Below are positions 35,945 through 47,760 of a stretch of DNA of 64,000 nucleotides, in pieces. Source of the DNA: Blepharisma stoltei ATCC 30299 (Eukaryota > Protista > Ciliophora); contig CBFDEM010000053.1 of NCBI GenBank assembly GCA_965603825.1, positions 868,001-932,000 of the forward strand, written 5' to 3'. The position numbers and the translations under genes were made by a program. The stretch's first letter is position 1. Each line of letters opens with the position of its first letter. The notes under the pieces are model-generated. The model saw only the letters and a program-made list of their open reading frames with translations, did no database searches and had not been told where the DNA came from.

Positions 35945-37426
35945 ATGGGGAATTGTTTCAAAAAAGAGAAACCTGTTAAGACTGACACAACTCCAAGGAA
36001 AAGAAGTAGAAGAATGACACCTATGCTAGATACAATAATCCACAAAAGCTCAATCCACCCCAGCATTATTACAATGAATGTCAAAGATTTCTGAAAGATT
36101 CATGAAATTATTGGAAAAGGGCATTTCGGTGCTGTTTATAGGGGAACACCTGTGGACAATTTATACAAAAACTATGCAATAAAATCGATCCCTAAAAAAA
36201 TGTTCAGAAAAGATAATAGAATACGATACCTAAAAGGGGAGCTTGAGACTTTACAAATGTTAGACCACCCTAATATCATTAAACTTTACCAAAGCTATGA
36301 GGATTCTAGTTCATTATACTTAGTAACAGAATATTGCTCAGGAGGCAAACTTTTAGACAAAATAATAACCCGCCGGGTATTTTCAGAAAAAGAAGCTGCA
36401 TCTATTATTTTAAAAATTTTAAAGACAATTTTTTATCTCCACGCAAATAACATATCTCACAGGGACATAAAGCCGGATAATTTCCTATTTGAGAATAATA
36501 GTGAAAAAGCTGAACTGAAACTGATTGACTTCGGACTGTCTAAAATTTGCGGATCTGAAGCTAGGATTAGTTCTGTGGTTGGAACACCACAATATGTTGC
36601 ACCTGAAGTGCTAGAAGGAAATTATGACAGTAAATGCGATTTATGAAGCTTAGGTGCAATAATGTATCTTATGCTGACAGGCAAAATGGCAATGGACGTC
36701 AGAAGTCCTGCTGAGGCATTCGTCGCATTGAAAACTAAAGAAGTCAGAACACAAGGGCCTGATATTGACATGATCAGTGCGTCTGGAAAAGATCTGCTTT
36801 GAAAGTTGTTGAAAAAAAATCCTAGGGAAAGAATTGATGCAAGGGATGCCCTTGAGCACAAGTGGTTTACAGAGCAGAAAGAGAAAAAATCAATTGGCAT
36901 TGACCCAGAAATATTTCATTGTTTGAAAAAGTATAAGTACACTAGTTTATTAAAAAAAGATGCAATGGATATCATTGTGAAAGATTTGACTTATGCAGAA
37001 ATCTGCGATTTAAGAAAAGCTTTTGTGCAGATTGATAAATCAAATCTGGGAGTAATAAATATTGATGACCTATCCACAGCTGCAAAAAAGGCAAAATATA
37101 AGCTTAAAGATAACGATATCATGAGCATATTTGCCAATGTAGGCTCAGAAACTAATTTAACTATCAAATATTCAGAATTTTTGGCAGCCACTTTAAGCTA
37201 TAAGAATGTAATAAACGAGAAGCTGCTTCGGGAAACTTTTAGTGCTTTTGATATCAATGAATGTGGATTTATCAATGAAGCAAATTTTATTGAAGCTTTA
37301 AAGAGGAGAGGCAATAATGTAGACCCAGAAAAAGTAAAATCCATGATAAAAGATCTTGGGAAAACAAATCCTGGGTTTATCACTTTTGAAGAATTTAAAG
37401 CAGAAATCGTTGACAAAGATGAGTAA
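35945..37426 (+). CDS. Calcium-dependent protein kinase (CDPK), N-acylated
   Basis: Starts MGNC; GKGHFG, AIK, HRDIKPDN, DFG, APE, DL(TGA=W)SLG; junction plus EF-hand domain. Confidence 0.92.
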
Positions 37427-37497
37427 TCTGAAGAGCTAGCAGATTGAAGCATATTTTAAATATGTTAGTTTTTTTGTATAATATTAGCTTCCAAAAA

Positions 37498-38565
37498 ATG
37501 TTTATTAAGAATCAACTATACCCACTTCCATGGGATGAACCGAAAAAGAAAATCCGAATAAAAACTTCGAAATATTTTCATGAAAAAGACCAACTATGAG
37601 GATCTTTGGAACATACATCACCAAAAATGTGAAAGTTTTATTTGAAGCAAAATTCTCCACAGAACATTGCAGAACCAAAAAGGCCAAATACAGCATCTTT
37701 TATTCCACAAAAATCGTTATCAGGTGATGATTTATTTCAAAAAATAAAAGAAAAAGAGACTTCTTTATCTTCTAAAAGGACATGTTCTACTTCTCAAACA
37801 CCAAAAAGCAGTTATCTTGCAAATGGAAAAGCATTGACTTACAAAAATCCGAATTCTAAAGTTTTGCATAAGAACTTGCAAGCTTTTGACCAATACAACG
37901 ATTTACCATCAAATAAGCTAAAAATACTTTTAGATCCACGAATAGTTAAATTAGACGAAAAAGGAGTTAGATCAATTCAGAAAAAATTAGAAGAAGAACA
38001 AAAAGAAGAAGAAAAAAAAGAAAACTGGATCAAAGAAAACAGATACAAAACCATAGCTACTTTTTTAAAAAAACAGCAGTATTCTAAAGATCTCCAAGAA
38101 AGATCAGGCTTACGATACATAAGATGTGGCCCAGAAAAATGCTCACCTACTATAACAGACAGACTAGCTATCCTTTCAACCCCAAAATCTAAAAAACAAA
38201 TAAAACCTGAAGATCTACTTGACGCTCGAGGGTTACTTACAATAGACTACGAAGACGCCATCCGGGAGGTTTCAGGGTTTCCAAGAGCCTCAAAAACTTC
38301 CCAATTAGCTCTCCGAAAATCAGAAATTTTCCCAATCCCTCTCTCTTTACAACAAACTGACAGAATCTCCAGCAAAACCCCAAAATCAAAATCCACAACC
38401 CGCTCGTTTTCTGTGCATTCTAAAAAATGTGCCTTATCTCAAACAGAAATCAAAGAAGGCTTAAAAGACATCAACGACTTCCACAAAAAATTCGGCGAAC
38501 TCAAAGGACGTGTCGGATTTCCACAAATCGACCTAGAAAAATATAAATCGTGTAATAATCCCTAA
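37498..38565 (+). CDS. Hypothetical basic low-complexity protein
   Basis: Open from ATG 37498 with two TGA=Trp to TAA. Confidence 0.65.
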
Positions 38566-38567
38566 GC

Positions 38568-39596
38568 TTATTTAAGCGCATTTAAAAAGAATGGATTGAG
38601 AATGGTGTGGTAAGCCCTAAATGGCTCTGGTTTAGGAGTTTTGCGATGGAATTTCAACTCTTTAGGCTGTCTAGGTAGAATTCTTGCTCCCCACTCTCTT
38701 GCAGGCTTCAGCTCATTTCTGATATTAAATAGCTGGAATGGCATTTCGTCATATTCAGGGTTGCCAAACTCCGGCACAGGTGTGACAGTTTTTTTCAATG
38801 GTATAAACCCTTTTGCAGCAATCAGCTCTTTTTTGCTTCTTACTCTTTTAGGCAAGTTTTTAATGTCTTGTACATCAGCTTTTGTAAACGGCACTGCAAT
38901 ACTTTCATAAGTCGCAATAATTTTTTCAGCAACATCTACAGTGACCCCAATTTGTTCAGCAAGGTCTTTTGCATCGACCCTGGCGTTTTCGTCGTCACCT
39001 TCTTCTAATCCTGTAACAAAATTCATTAAAGCAGCTTTTTGGTCTGTGGTGCCGCTTGGATACGCTCTTTGGATTGCTTCTAAATAATTAGAGAACTTGT
39101 TAATGGCCTGTGTGAGATCTTTTTTAGCTTCTTCTGCTGCTTCAGAGTTTCCAAAAACAGCTCTGGCGTTGTCTTGTTGCATTTTTTTTGCTTCATCGAT
39201 TTTTCGTTCTCTTTCTTCGATTTCGTCTATATATTGTATGTATCTGGGTCCAAATTCATGAGCACGAGGATGCATTTGCGGTGAGGTATAAGTTTTCTCT
39301 GGCTTTGGGTAAAGGGTGGAAATGCCCATTGGTGGAGGTCTTGGAGGGATAAATTCTGCCTTTGCCAAAAAGGCGATGACACCTTTGGTAGGCTGAGCTC
39401 CTATACTAAGCCAATATTTGATTCTGGGACGATTAATGAGAATTCTTCTTTCTAGCTCTCTGCGTCTTTCAGGAAACCAATAGCCTAAGCGCTCAATAGC
39501 AAAACCTTTAGGATTCCTTCTGTTTGAAGAAGCAATTAGCATTCAGTAGGGATTATTTCTCGTGCCTTTTCGTTGAAGTCTAATGCGAGCAGGCAT
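38568..39596 (-). CDS. MRPS16: Mitochondrial ribosomal protein S16 (bS16m) with long C-terminal extension
   Basis: MPARIRLQRKGTRNNPY(W)MLI..GFAIERLGYW..RIKYWLSIGAQPT. Confidence 0.88.
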
Positions 39597-39661
39597 ATTT
39601 TATATTTAGTGATAAAAATGAAGGCTTTTTTAACTTTAAAAGCTTTCATATTTCATAATTT

Positions 39662-42286
39662 ATGGAAATACCTCTTGGGTCTCTTGGAGAGTTTCTTGAT
39701 TTATCTTTTACCACAACAAAAACACGTGCACAAACTGCAAAAACAGAGCCTTTTTCAAACTCTTATCGCCAGGCACACGGAAGGCAGTATTCAGGAGCAG
39801 CAACTACCCCAACAGCCAAGCCAAGCGCAAAGCAGTATTTCTCTACAAATAGCCGGTCATTCCACAATATAAAAGCAGATAACTCTAATGAGGGCTACTG
39901 TTTCACAAATTCAATTAAGCTTGCTCATGAAAGAGTTAGGCTGCAATCTCAGCAGCAGCCTCGTCCTATGACTCGGGGTGTTACGCTCAAAGCTCGACCC
40001 AAAACGACAGAGTCTAAAAATTCAAAAAAAACTACAGTTACAAAAAAAGTAGAAGAAGACGCTACCAAGCCTTTAGAAGAGCTAGAAAACAACGTTAGAA
40101 GTGAATTACAGTAAAATTCATATAGAATGCGGGCTAATCATTTTTTGATTAGGACGATGAAAAGAGAACAAGCGCTTATAAACCAGGCAGGCGTCGTTAA
40201 ACAGTCTACATCTGATAACTTGTTTTATGAACTTGCAGGGCATGTGATGAATATTCATAAAGAAGAAACAAGGGCAAAAACCCCAGATAATAATCATTAT
40301 AAGCCGACTTTAAATAATCTGAGCTTTGAATCTGCCCAACAAAAGCTTGCACAGAGCTCTATTGATTTTTGACTGAAAAAGAGAGGGATTGGGAAAGAGA
40401 CGAAATATGATTTAAACCATTTTTCTACAGCTCTTTTTGAGCAGCTTGATATAAATGGAGTCGGGTATTTAGAAGGAGAAGCCGTTTTACAGTCTTTATT
40501 AAGACTAGGAATTGCTACTGATCCTACCATACTGAGAAAAACGCTTGGGCTTAGTTTCCGCACGAATTCTTTAAAAACGCTAAAAATCCATCTGCATGAT
40601 TTTAAAACACTTTTTAAGTCAGACGGGAGAACTAATTCTATATTGACAAGAATGAATGAGCTTTCCCTTGAAGAAAGAGAAAATAAATCAAGAAGAACCT
40701 CAAAAACTGAAAGGAATTCTGACTATGAAGACGATAGCTCAATAATAAGCAGCAAAGGAAATAAAAAAGAAAGCTGATTTAAGCTGTTTAAAATTGGATT
40801 TGGAAGGCAGCTCACTGGCAGTGATTTTGGGAAGAAAAAATTAGACTCTATTGTCACCATAAACGAGCACGAAGATTTAATTAAAAAATGATGAAAAGAA
40901 ATAGACCCTAATGAGAAAAACCAGGTCACCATAAATGAAGTTGCATTAAAATTAGCTGAGCTAAAATTCGCACCTAATCGGAATGAGTCTAAAAGGATAA
41001 TTTATGGAATAATCGGTATAAAATCACATGTGAGCAACACTCAATTTCATCAAATTTTCGCAAAAAGTATGCTGATAGGTTCTTTATTAAATTTATCAAA
41101 TAGGCTATTTGAAGAAAATTCAAACCCTTCTACCGCAAATTCTCTTAAAATTTCTTCATATCAGAGATCATTAATAATGTCTGGGATAAGATGCCCGAAT
41201 TCTGATATTTCAATTGAAGAAGGCTCCAACACCATAAAAGCAGTCGAAAAATATCAAATTCAAGCAGAAGGACAAATTATTAAAGTTGACCCTGATGAGC
41301 TCCGTTCCAAAATGCTAAAACTCGCTGGAATTTCAGAAATTGAAGCAAATCAGCGTTCTTCTTCAATGAAACATTACAGAAAATTATCTGGTGAAATAAA
41401 AGGAATTTCTGAAAATTTTTTCCATCAAAAATCAAGCACTTTGCAATCTCCTATAAAAATTGAAAATTCTCAATCAATAATTGAAGAGCCTAAAGATATA
41501 CAAGAAATTTCAGATGAGGAGTTAAGGACTGATAAAGAATCTGAAGAAGGAATTTTTACTCACAAGTCCTCAATGAGGAGGTCTAGCGCAATGTCAAGCA
41601 AAAGGTCTAACCATTCGCGTCAAGAAGTGGAAATAAGGATTGGAAAAGAAGACCATATTGAAATGGAAACCACAACGGAAAAGGCAAAATTTTATAAATC
41701 GCATATAAAACCAAAACAAATTGTGGAGGCTAATATAACACCTAGCAATCATGGGTCAAGATTGTCTAAAGTTTTTGATAAAATACGTTGGGGTGCTAAA
41801 GTATATAGAAGATTTTCTAGTAGATTGCCTCCTTCTGAAGAGCCAGCAGTTTCTAAAAGCATTTCTCCTATATTAAAAGATATTAAAGAGACGAGAAGGG
41901 AAAAAAGGTCACAGAGCTTTACAAAGACTGAGGCTGGTATGGTCGGCATAACGTATAATTTTGCAAGTTTAATAAGTAAAATTGCTTCACAACCGAAACA
42001 AGAGATAAAAGAGACAGAAATTCTGAGACCAGTAGAGAAAGATGAAGAGATAAAGGAAAAACCAAAAGAAAGTGCAAGTGAAATTCATTGGAAGGATAGC
42101 TCTTTTCTGATAGTTGAAGAGGCTCCGAAAGAAAAAAGACTATTTCTACCAAGCAGAGAAGAGTATTTTAGGAGGCTTAAGGCAAAAGAAGATTCGAAAA
42201 AAAGATCTGAGGCTCAGTCTGATCTTTTGAAAAATTATCAAAACATGGTATTTCATGTTCCTGAAAATAAAAATTTTGTAAATTAA
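39662..42286 (+). CDS. Hypothetical protein with degenerate EF-hand-like segments, one 15-nt intron
   Basis: Removing intron 40111-40125 and reading TGA as Trp gives one frame; LFEQLDINGVGYLE is EF-hand-like. Confidence 0.72.
40111..40125 (+). other. 15-nt spliceosomal intron GTAAAATTCATATAG
   Basis: GT-AG, A at position 10, removes an in-frame TAA. Confidence 0.85.
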
Positions 42287-42567
42287 TTATTTATATGGCT
42301 ATATACCCATGTAAAAGAAATAGTTTTTTAATTTTTGAAATATAAGTACTTCTTCATTTAAACATATGTTTATTTATTTTAAAATTCTTTATTTATGCTA
42401 TCTATAAAATTGACCAAATCTAATTTGAATTACAAAATATAACGAATTAATTTATGTATTTTATATTCTATTTTTTTAAAATTTAAATAGCAATAAATGA
42501 AGAATATATCTTAACTTTTTATTAATAAGAGAAATTACTAAATCATAATTTACTTTAATTTTTAGAA

Positions 42568-42878
42568 GATGACGAGCGATGAATAGTTCCGGAGTGACTC
42601 GTAAGTTGATCCCAGCCTCAGGTAAGCAGATCCCATTCTTTTACAGACGATAAACAGAAGGCGCAAAGCTCGCTCATACTTCTTGGAAGTAATTTTTACG
42701 CTTGATAAGGCACGTTAGCCCAGAATGAGGCAGTGGGCACTTCCCCCATGCCCGAGCACTAGCATTGCTAAGAGAGTGTTTTGTCACAGAGTTGACCCGC
42801 TGATATAATAATTGTTTTGGTGGCACGAACAAGAAAAAGTGTAATGTGAAACCAGGGGACTAGTATCACTAGAGCTCT
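42568..42878 (+). promoter_or_regulatory. GC-elevated, hairpin- and uORF-rich region upstream of the Myb gene (long 5' leader or unidentified ncRNA)
   Basis: Sharp compositional contrast with the AT-rich flank; several ATG-initiated short ORFs; stem-loops; consensus-like splice donors. Confidence 0.45.
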
Positions 42879-43543
42879 ATGCCATATGAGCTTGATGATG
42901 AAGGGCTGTGGATGGTCCCTTGTAAAATAAATAGAGTATTCCGAAAATACTATCCTCTTTGTCGTCCTTATATTAATGATGGAAATAACAGCATCGGCAT
43001 CCCTGAACACAAAGGGAAGACGAAATCTTAATAGAGCTTATCAACCAAAAAGGCCCAAAGCGTTGAAAATCAATTGCTCAAAGCTTAAATGAAAAATTAC
43101 ATAGAGGTAAAGAATTTCGACTCGGTAAACAATGCAGAGAGCGCTGATACAACCATCTTAATCCTAACCTAAAAAAAGGCGAATGGTCCTTAGAAGAAGA
43201 CATCAAAATTCTTGCACTTCAAAAGAAGTTCGGAAACAGATGAAGCCTTATTTCAAGAGAATTAAAAGGAAGGACAGAAAATAGCGTTAAAAATAGATGA
43301 AAAAGTATTTTTAAAAAATCCAAAAAAGGAGACGCCAGTGTCGAAGAGATTGTTGGAGATATCAAAGAAGAAAAAGGAGGGGAAATTGGAGAGGGAAGTG
43401 GTGAGTTTAATAGTGGCTGGGAAAATGATGAGATAAATAATGTGGAAGAATCATACGGGTATGAGCTAGATAATCGGATGAAATATGAAGAAAATTCTGA
43501 AGAAAACTCCGAGCACTCTCCTACCTCATTTTTATATATGTAA
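42879..43543 (+). CDS. R2R3 Myb transcription factor with a -1 frame break at about 42989-43003
   Basis: N-terminus MPYELDDEGLWMVPCK.. is in one frame; HP(W)TQRED..GPKR(W)KSIA..GKQCRER(W)YNHLNP..WSLEED..FGNR(W)SLIS..GRTENSVKNR(W) is in the -1 frame. Confidence 0.85.
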
Positions 43544-43586
43544 ACCCTTAAATTTATGAAAATAAAAGGGGGATATATAAATAATA

Positions 43587-43793
43587 ATGGCTCGATCCAA
43601 AACATCAACGAGAAAGCTTCCAACTAGAAAAACTCCAAGGAAGCATTTAGCTACAAGAGTTGCAGTGAAAAAGACATTTGAAGCAACTGTTATAGACAAG
43701 GGAAAAAAAACGAAAAAAAGAGTTAAAAAGGATTCTGGCTCAGAACAAGAAGAAGAAGAGAAAGAATCAGATTTAGAAGCAGAAGAAGACTAA
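43587..43793 (+). CDS. Histone H3 tail-only mini-protein (68 aa; H3 residues 1-27-like, then basic and acidic tails)
   Basis: MARSKTSTRKLPTRKTPRKHLATRVAVKK aligns without gaps to H3 [27 protein letters not shown]; no histone fold; ATG to TAA with AT-rich flanks. Confidence 0.8.
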   Translation: MARSKTSTRKLPTRKTPRKHLATRVAVKKTFEATVIDKGKKTKKRVKKDSGSEQEEEEKESDLEAEED

Positions 43794-43929
43794 TTGATAT
43801 ATAACTTTAATATATTCAGATTTTTAAATTAAGCAAAATCTATTATAATAACTAAAAGTCTCATAATTTGTATTATTTTATAAAATGATATTTATTAAAG
43901 CTTCATTGAATTATTTATAAATATCCTAA

Positions 43930-44943
43930 ATGAGCTTTTTGAAAAGGATACTTTCCAAAATTTACCAACAAGCCAGTAAGATATATTCAGAGTACCCCGA
44001 TGAAGGCTTCTCACGCAACTCTATAAAGGTCCTATTCGCATTTACTATGCTCCCTATAATCTACTCACTAAAAGGCACAGACAAAAACACAAAATACGTC
44101 CTCTCATTATCAAGAAGCTGCTCTCGAATCTACGGCGCGGCTTTCAGAATCCCAATCCCTCAGAATTGGCGTGCGTCCATTTATGGAGGATTTTCCTCAA
44201 TTTTTGGAGTCAATTTATCTGAAATTAAAAAGCCTATTACTGAATTTGAGACACTGAATGAATTTTTCGTAAGGGAAATAAAAGAAGACGCCAGGGTCAT
44301 TGGCAAAGGAGATTTGGTGTCCCCTTGTGACGGAAGAGTTATGAGCATGGGAATTGTGGAAAATAATAAAATTGACAGCGTTAAAGGGAGAGATTACTTA
44401 ATGACAAGGCTGCTTATAGGGACTGATGGGGTTAATTTTGATTGGTATGTGGACAGTGTTAAGAAAAATAAAGAAAATCAGCTTTATTATGTCAACCTCT
44501 ATTTGGCTCCTGGCGATTATCATAGATTCCATTCACCTACAGAGTGAAGAGTCTCTTTTAGAAGGCATATTTATGGGTATTTACTTGGTGTCTTTCCTTT
44601 GAACATATGGAGGAAAGGTGATGTGTTTACAATTAATGAAAGAGTAGCTTATTTTGGGGAATGAAAGCATGGGCTTTTCAATTATGTCGCTGTCGGAGCT
44701 TTTAATGTGGGATCAATTGAGGTGAATTTTGATAAAGAGCTAAAAACAAATTTGAAAAAATTTGAAAATCTTGAAAAAACTAATGATGAAATCAATATTG
44801 AAGGAGAATTCAAAAAAGGAGAAGAGTTTGGAAGGTTTAATACAGGATCGACCATTATTATGATTTTTGAAGCTCCTAAAGGGTTAGAGTGGACAATACA
44901 AAGAGGAGACAGAGTTTTATTAGGGCAGAATCTACTAAAATAA
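43930..44943 (+). CDS. PISD: Phosphatidylserine decarboxylase proenzyme (mitochondrial type)
   Basis: LNEFFVR, SPCDG, YLAPGDYHRFHSP, NERV, VGAFNVGSI, and the GRFNTGSTII self-cleavage motif; TGA=Trp. Confidence 0.93.
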
Positions 44944-45049
44944 ATTACTTATCATATCAAAGTTAAATAATTTCTTTGAATAAACTCAGAGTTATAATGA
45001 AAGAAGTAATAATATTAAAAATCTAATTTTGAATACTTAGAATATACTT

Positions 45050-45970
45050 TTATTTATTGTATTTGAGACTTCTCGCAGTGTATGGATCAATAAGATGATG
45101 AAGCAGATCCATAGTAAGCAGTGTAATAACTACATGTGGAGCTAACTTCATTACGAACAACGGAAATCCTGTGTATAATCTCCAAAAACCTTCTGATTTC
45201 AAGCTTTTCCTTACACAATCAATAAACCCTTTATATTTAAAAGTTCCATCAGGGCCTATTTCCATTCTCTGGTACTTTACTTTAATATTATCAAACGGCA
45301 TTGCAACAATGCACGACAAAGTTGCAGCCAAAACTGAGCTGAAAAATCTATGTGACGGATTTTCCTCAAAACTGGTCATAAAATGCTCATTAGATTCATC
45401 ATATGTTGCAAGCATTGTAAAATTAATTATCATTGCCCTCAAGATTGTGGGCACTGAGCCTTTCCAAAACGTAAAAATCCCTTCTTCTTTAATCATTTTT
45501 CTCTGGGCATCAAAAATGCCGGAATACTGTTTATGGTCGTAGCGGAGCCTTACCATAGTAAGATCGAGAGGATTTACAAGAAAAGAAGCTAAACCACCTG
45601 AAAAAATAGAATAAAACGCTTTTTTAACAAATGGGATTGTAGGCTGGCCTGAGTGCTCTTTGTCGTGGTCACTCAGAGTTTTATATAATCCAATACGGGT
45701 TGTGGAATAAATGGCTTGCCGATGGATTGCTGGATGAATGCCTGAGTAAAACTTTTTGATTCCTTTCTCTTTTAATATACGTTGGGCGAAATGTAATGGC
45801 TTCTCGTAGTCACCTCTGTGTCCTTCTGCTAATCCTTGAATTTTAACTTTTACGTAGTCGACTGGTAGAATAACGATTGTTCCGATTACTCCTGCGAATC
45901 CACCAATAAGGAAGTTATTTACGTGATTGGCATATCTTAGGTGGTCAAGTTCTGGATTATAAGCTTTCAT
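45050..45970 (-). CDS. Mitochondrial carrier (2-oxoglutarate/malate, DTC-like)
   Basis: Three PxD..K/R repeats; RQAIYSTTRIGLY, PTILRAM, MLATYD. Confidence 0.9.
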   Translation of the reverse strand: MKAYNPELDHLRYANHVNNFLIGGFAGVIGTIVILPVDYVKVKIQGLAEGHRGDYEKPLHFAQRILKEKGIKKFYSGIHPAIHRQAIYSTTRIGLYKTLSDHDKEHSGQPTIPFVKKAFYSIFSGGLASFLVNPLDLTMVRLRYDHKQYSGIFDAQRKMIKEEGIFTFWKGSVPTILRAMIINFTMLATYDESNEHFMTSFEENPSHRFFSSVLAATLSCIVAMPFDNIKVKYQRMEIGPDGTFKYKGFIDCVRKSLKSEGFWRLYTGFPLFVMKLAPHVVITLLTMDLLHHLIDPYTARSLKYNK

Positions 45971-46822
45971 TATAGTATAAACTATATATTAACCAGCTCC
46001 ATTACGATCTGAAAAGATATGGTATTATTGGTATTATTCAAAAAATTATGTAAAATTAATATCCAAGTTAAAGAAATTTAACAAATATTTAGAAAGGCAG
46101 ACCGAGGCAGCAATATTTAAACCGAAAATGATATAAGTTGCATTTTAAAAAATTGAGCTTCATAAAAAAATTTTAGTTTATGACGTCATCAATCATAGAA
46201 GTCAGAGAAATAATTCGCAGGCACTTTTTAATACAAGAACTCTTCATAAAGCTAATTTTGAGAGTCCTTTATTTTAATATTAAATTTGATGGCATTGCAA
46301 TAAACTTATTCGAATCTTCCAGCATTTTAATTAATTAAATTAAATTTCATAAAATTAATATATTGATAAGGAATATCTTTTTAAGTTATTATGCAATACA
46401 TGCAACTAAAGGCAATTATTGAATTACGAAAGATTTTCATTTACAAGATCTTAGGAAGAAACAAAGAGCTGTATTATAAAAGACAAGTAAAAATTATTTC
46501 CTAATAATTAAAAGAAAATTTTCGAAATTAAATCTGATTCCTAACAAATTATTATTAAATTTTTGAGGTTGCCTGCTTGCTCATTGATACTAATTTCATC
46601 AAAATTATCATCCTTTATTTCTTAAACATTTTTTTAGCTTCATATACACTATCTTCATTAAGCTCTTTTAAATCTCTATAAAGACTGTATAGAAAAATAA
46701 AAGCGACTCATAACATCTATAATACAGTTTTTTATTAATTTGTGAGAGAGAGGCGTCTAACTGATACTTGAAAACATCTAATATAATTTCATTAAAATTA
46801 TAAACTAAATTTTCAATCAAAA

Positions 46823-47623
46823 ATGATAAGGCCATTAATGCTGCTGAAGAGAGAGTTTAAAGCTAGTTTTGCCATTCTTAATGGTGAAGAGTATAAGTTA
46901 AGTGCTTATCTCCCGAATATTGGTAACAAATCTTTCACAATTTCTAGATCTCACACAATCAATGATTTTTTGAACGAAATTCAATTGCAAAGTCCAGACA
47001 TTCAAATAAAGCATTCATATAGCTCAGACTCTTCTTTTAAAGCTACTATTGAGCAAGAGCCCATAAAAGTTGAAATTAATGATGAAGAGTACGAATTCTC
47101 AAAAAACGATTCACAAGCACAGTCCAAGCCTGAGTACGCTGAAGCCTATTTTAATAAAGGAAACCTTTTATTTGAATTAAAACGCATGGAAGAAGCAATA
47201 GAAGCATACAGCCAAGCTATCAAAATTGACCCTGATTTTATTAAATCTCATTACAATAAAGGAGTTATTCTCTCTGGATTAGGCTTACATAAGGACTCAG
47301 TTCACTCTTTCGATGAAGTGATTCGAATAAACCCGAATTATATTTCAGCCTATTACCAAAAAATAAATTCTTTAATTTTATCAGGAAAAAAGAAAGAAGC
47401 AATTTCTGTGTGTGATGATGTAATTTCAATAAATCCATATGACTCAAGCACTTATTATCAGAAAGGTATTTTATTAGACAATATAGGAAACTTTGATGAA
47501 GCAATTGAATGCTTTGACGCAAGTATTGAAATTGAGCCAAACAACCCTATATTTCAGCATGCAAAACTAAGAGCTCAAGAAAATAAAAAAACAGAAAATT
47601 CCACAGAAAATAGCAAAGCATAA
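46823..47623 (+). CDS. Chimeric protein: MCU-like N-terminal domain plus TPR repeats
   Basis: First ~95 aa are paralogous to the neighbouring MCU N-terminus; then about four TPRs (AEAYFNKG..EEAIEAYSQAIKIDP). Confidence 0.85.
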   Translation: MIRPLMLLKREFKASFAILNGEEYKLSAYLPNIGNKSFTISRSHTINDFLNEIQLQSPDIQIKHSYSSDSSFKATIEQEPIKVEINDEEYEFSKNDSQAQSKPEYAEAYFNKGNLLFELKRMEEAIEAYSQAIKIDPDFIKSHYNKGVILSGLGLHKDSVHSFDEVIRINPNYISAYYQKINSLILSGKKKEAISVCDDVISINPYDSSTYYQKGILLDNIGNFDEAIECFDASIEIEPNNPIFQHAKLRAQENKKTENSTENSKA

Positions 47624-47760
47624 TTAATCTAGTTATTAGGATTTTCATATAATTTTATTTTATTTTCATTAGGATTTTATATTGATTTGCATAAAAAAAC
47701 TTATAAGTTATATTTTGTCAGCGAGTAAAAAGACCATTAATAAAATAAAATACTCTTATA

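Noticed and set aside
42570-42632. U1 snRNA-like words on the minus strand (CTTACCTG, GATCA, CACTCCGGA)
   Set aside because: Spacing is far too short and the U1 stems and Sm site cannot be built.
42600-42720. U5 snRNA or spliced-leader RNA resemblance (CTTTTAC, AATTTTT, GTAAG)
   Set aside because: The invariant GCCUUUUAC loop and its closing stem are missing; no support for trans-splicing.
42922-42936. Candidate 15-nt intron GTAAAATAAATAGAG in the Myb N-terminus
   Set aside because: It does not change the frame, so it cannot repair the break; unsupported without RNA data.
46180-46189. CRE-like palindrome ATGACGTCAT in the long 45971-46822 spacer
   Set aside because: Single occurrence with no supporting context. 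The spacer shows no convincing ORF, terminal repeats or IES boundaries.
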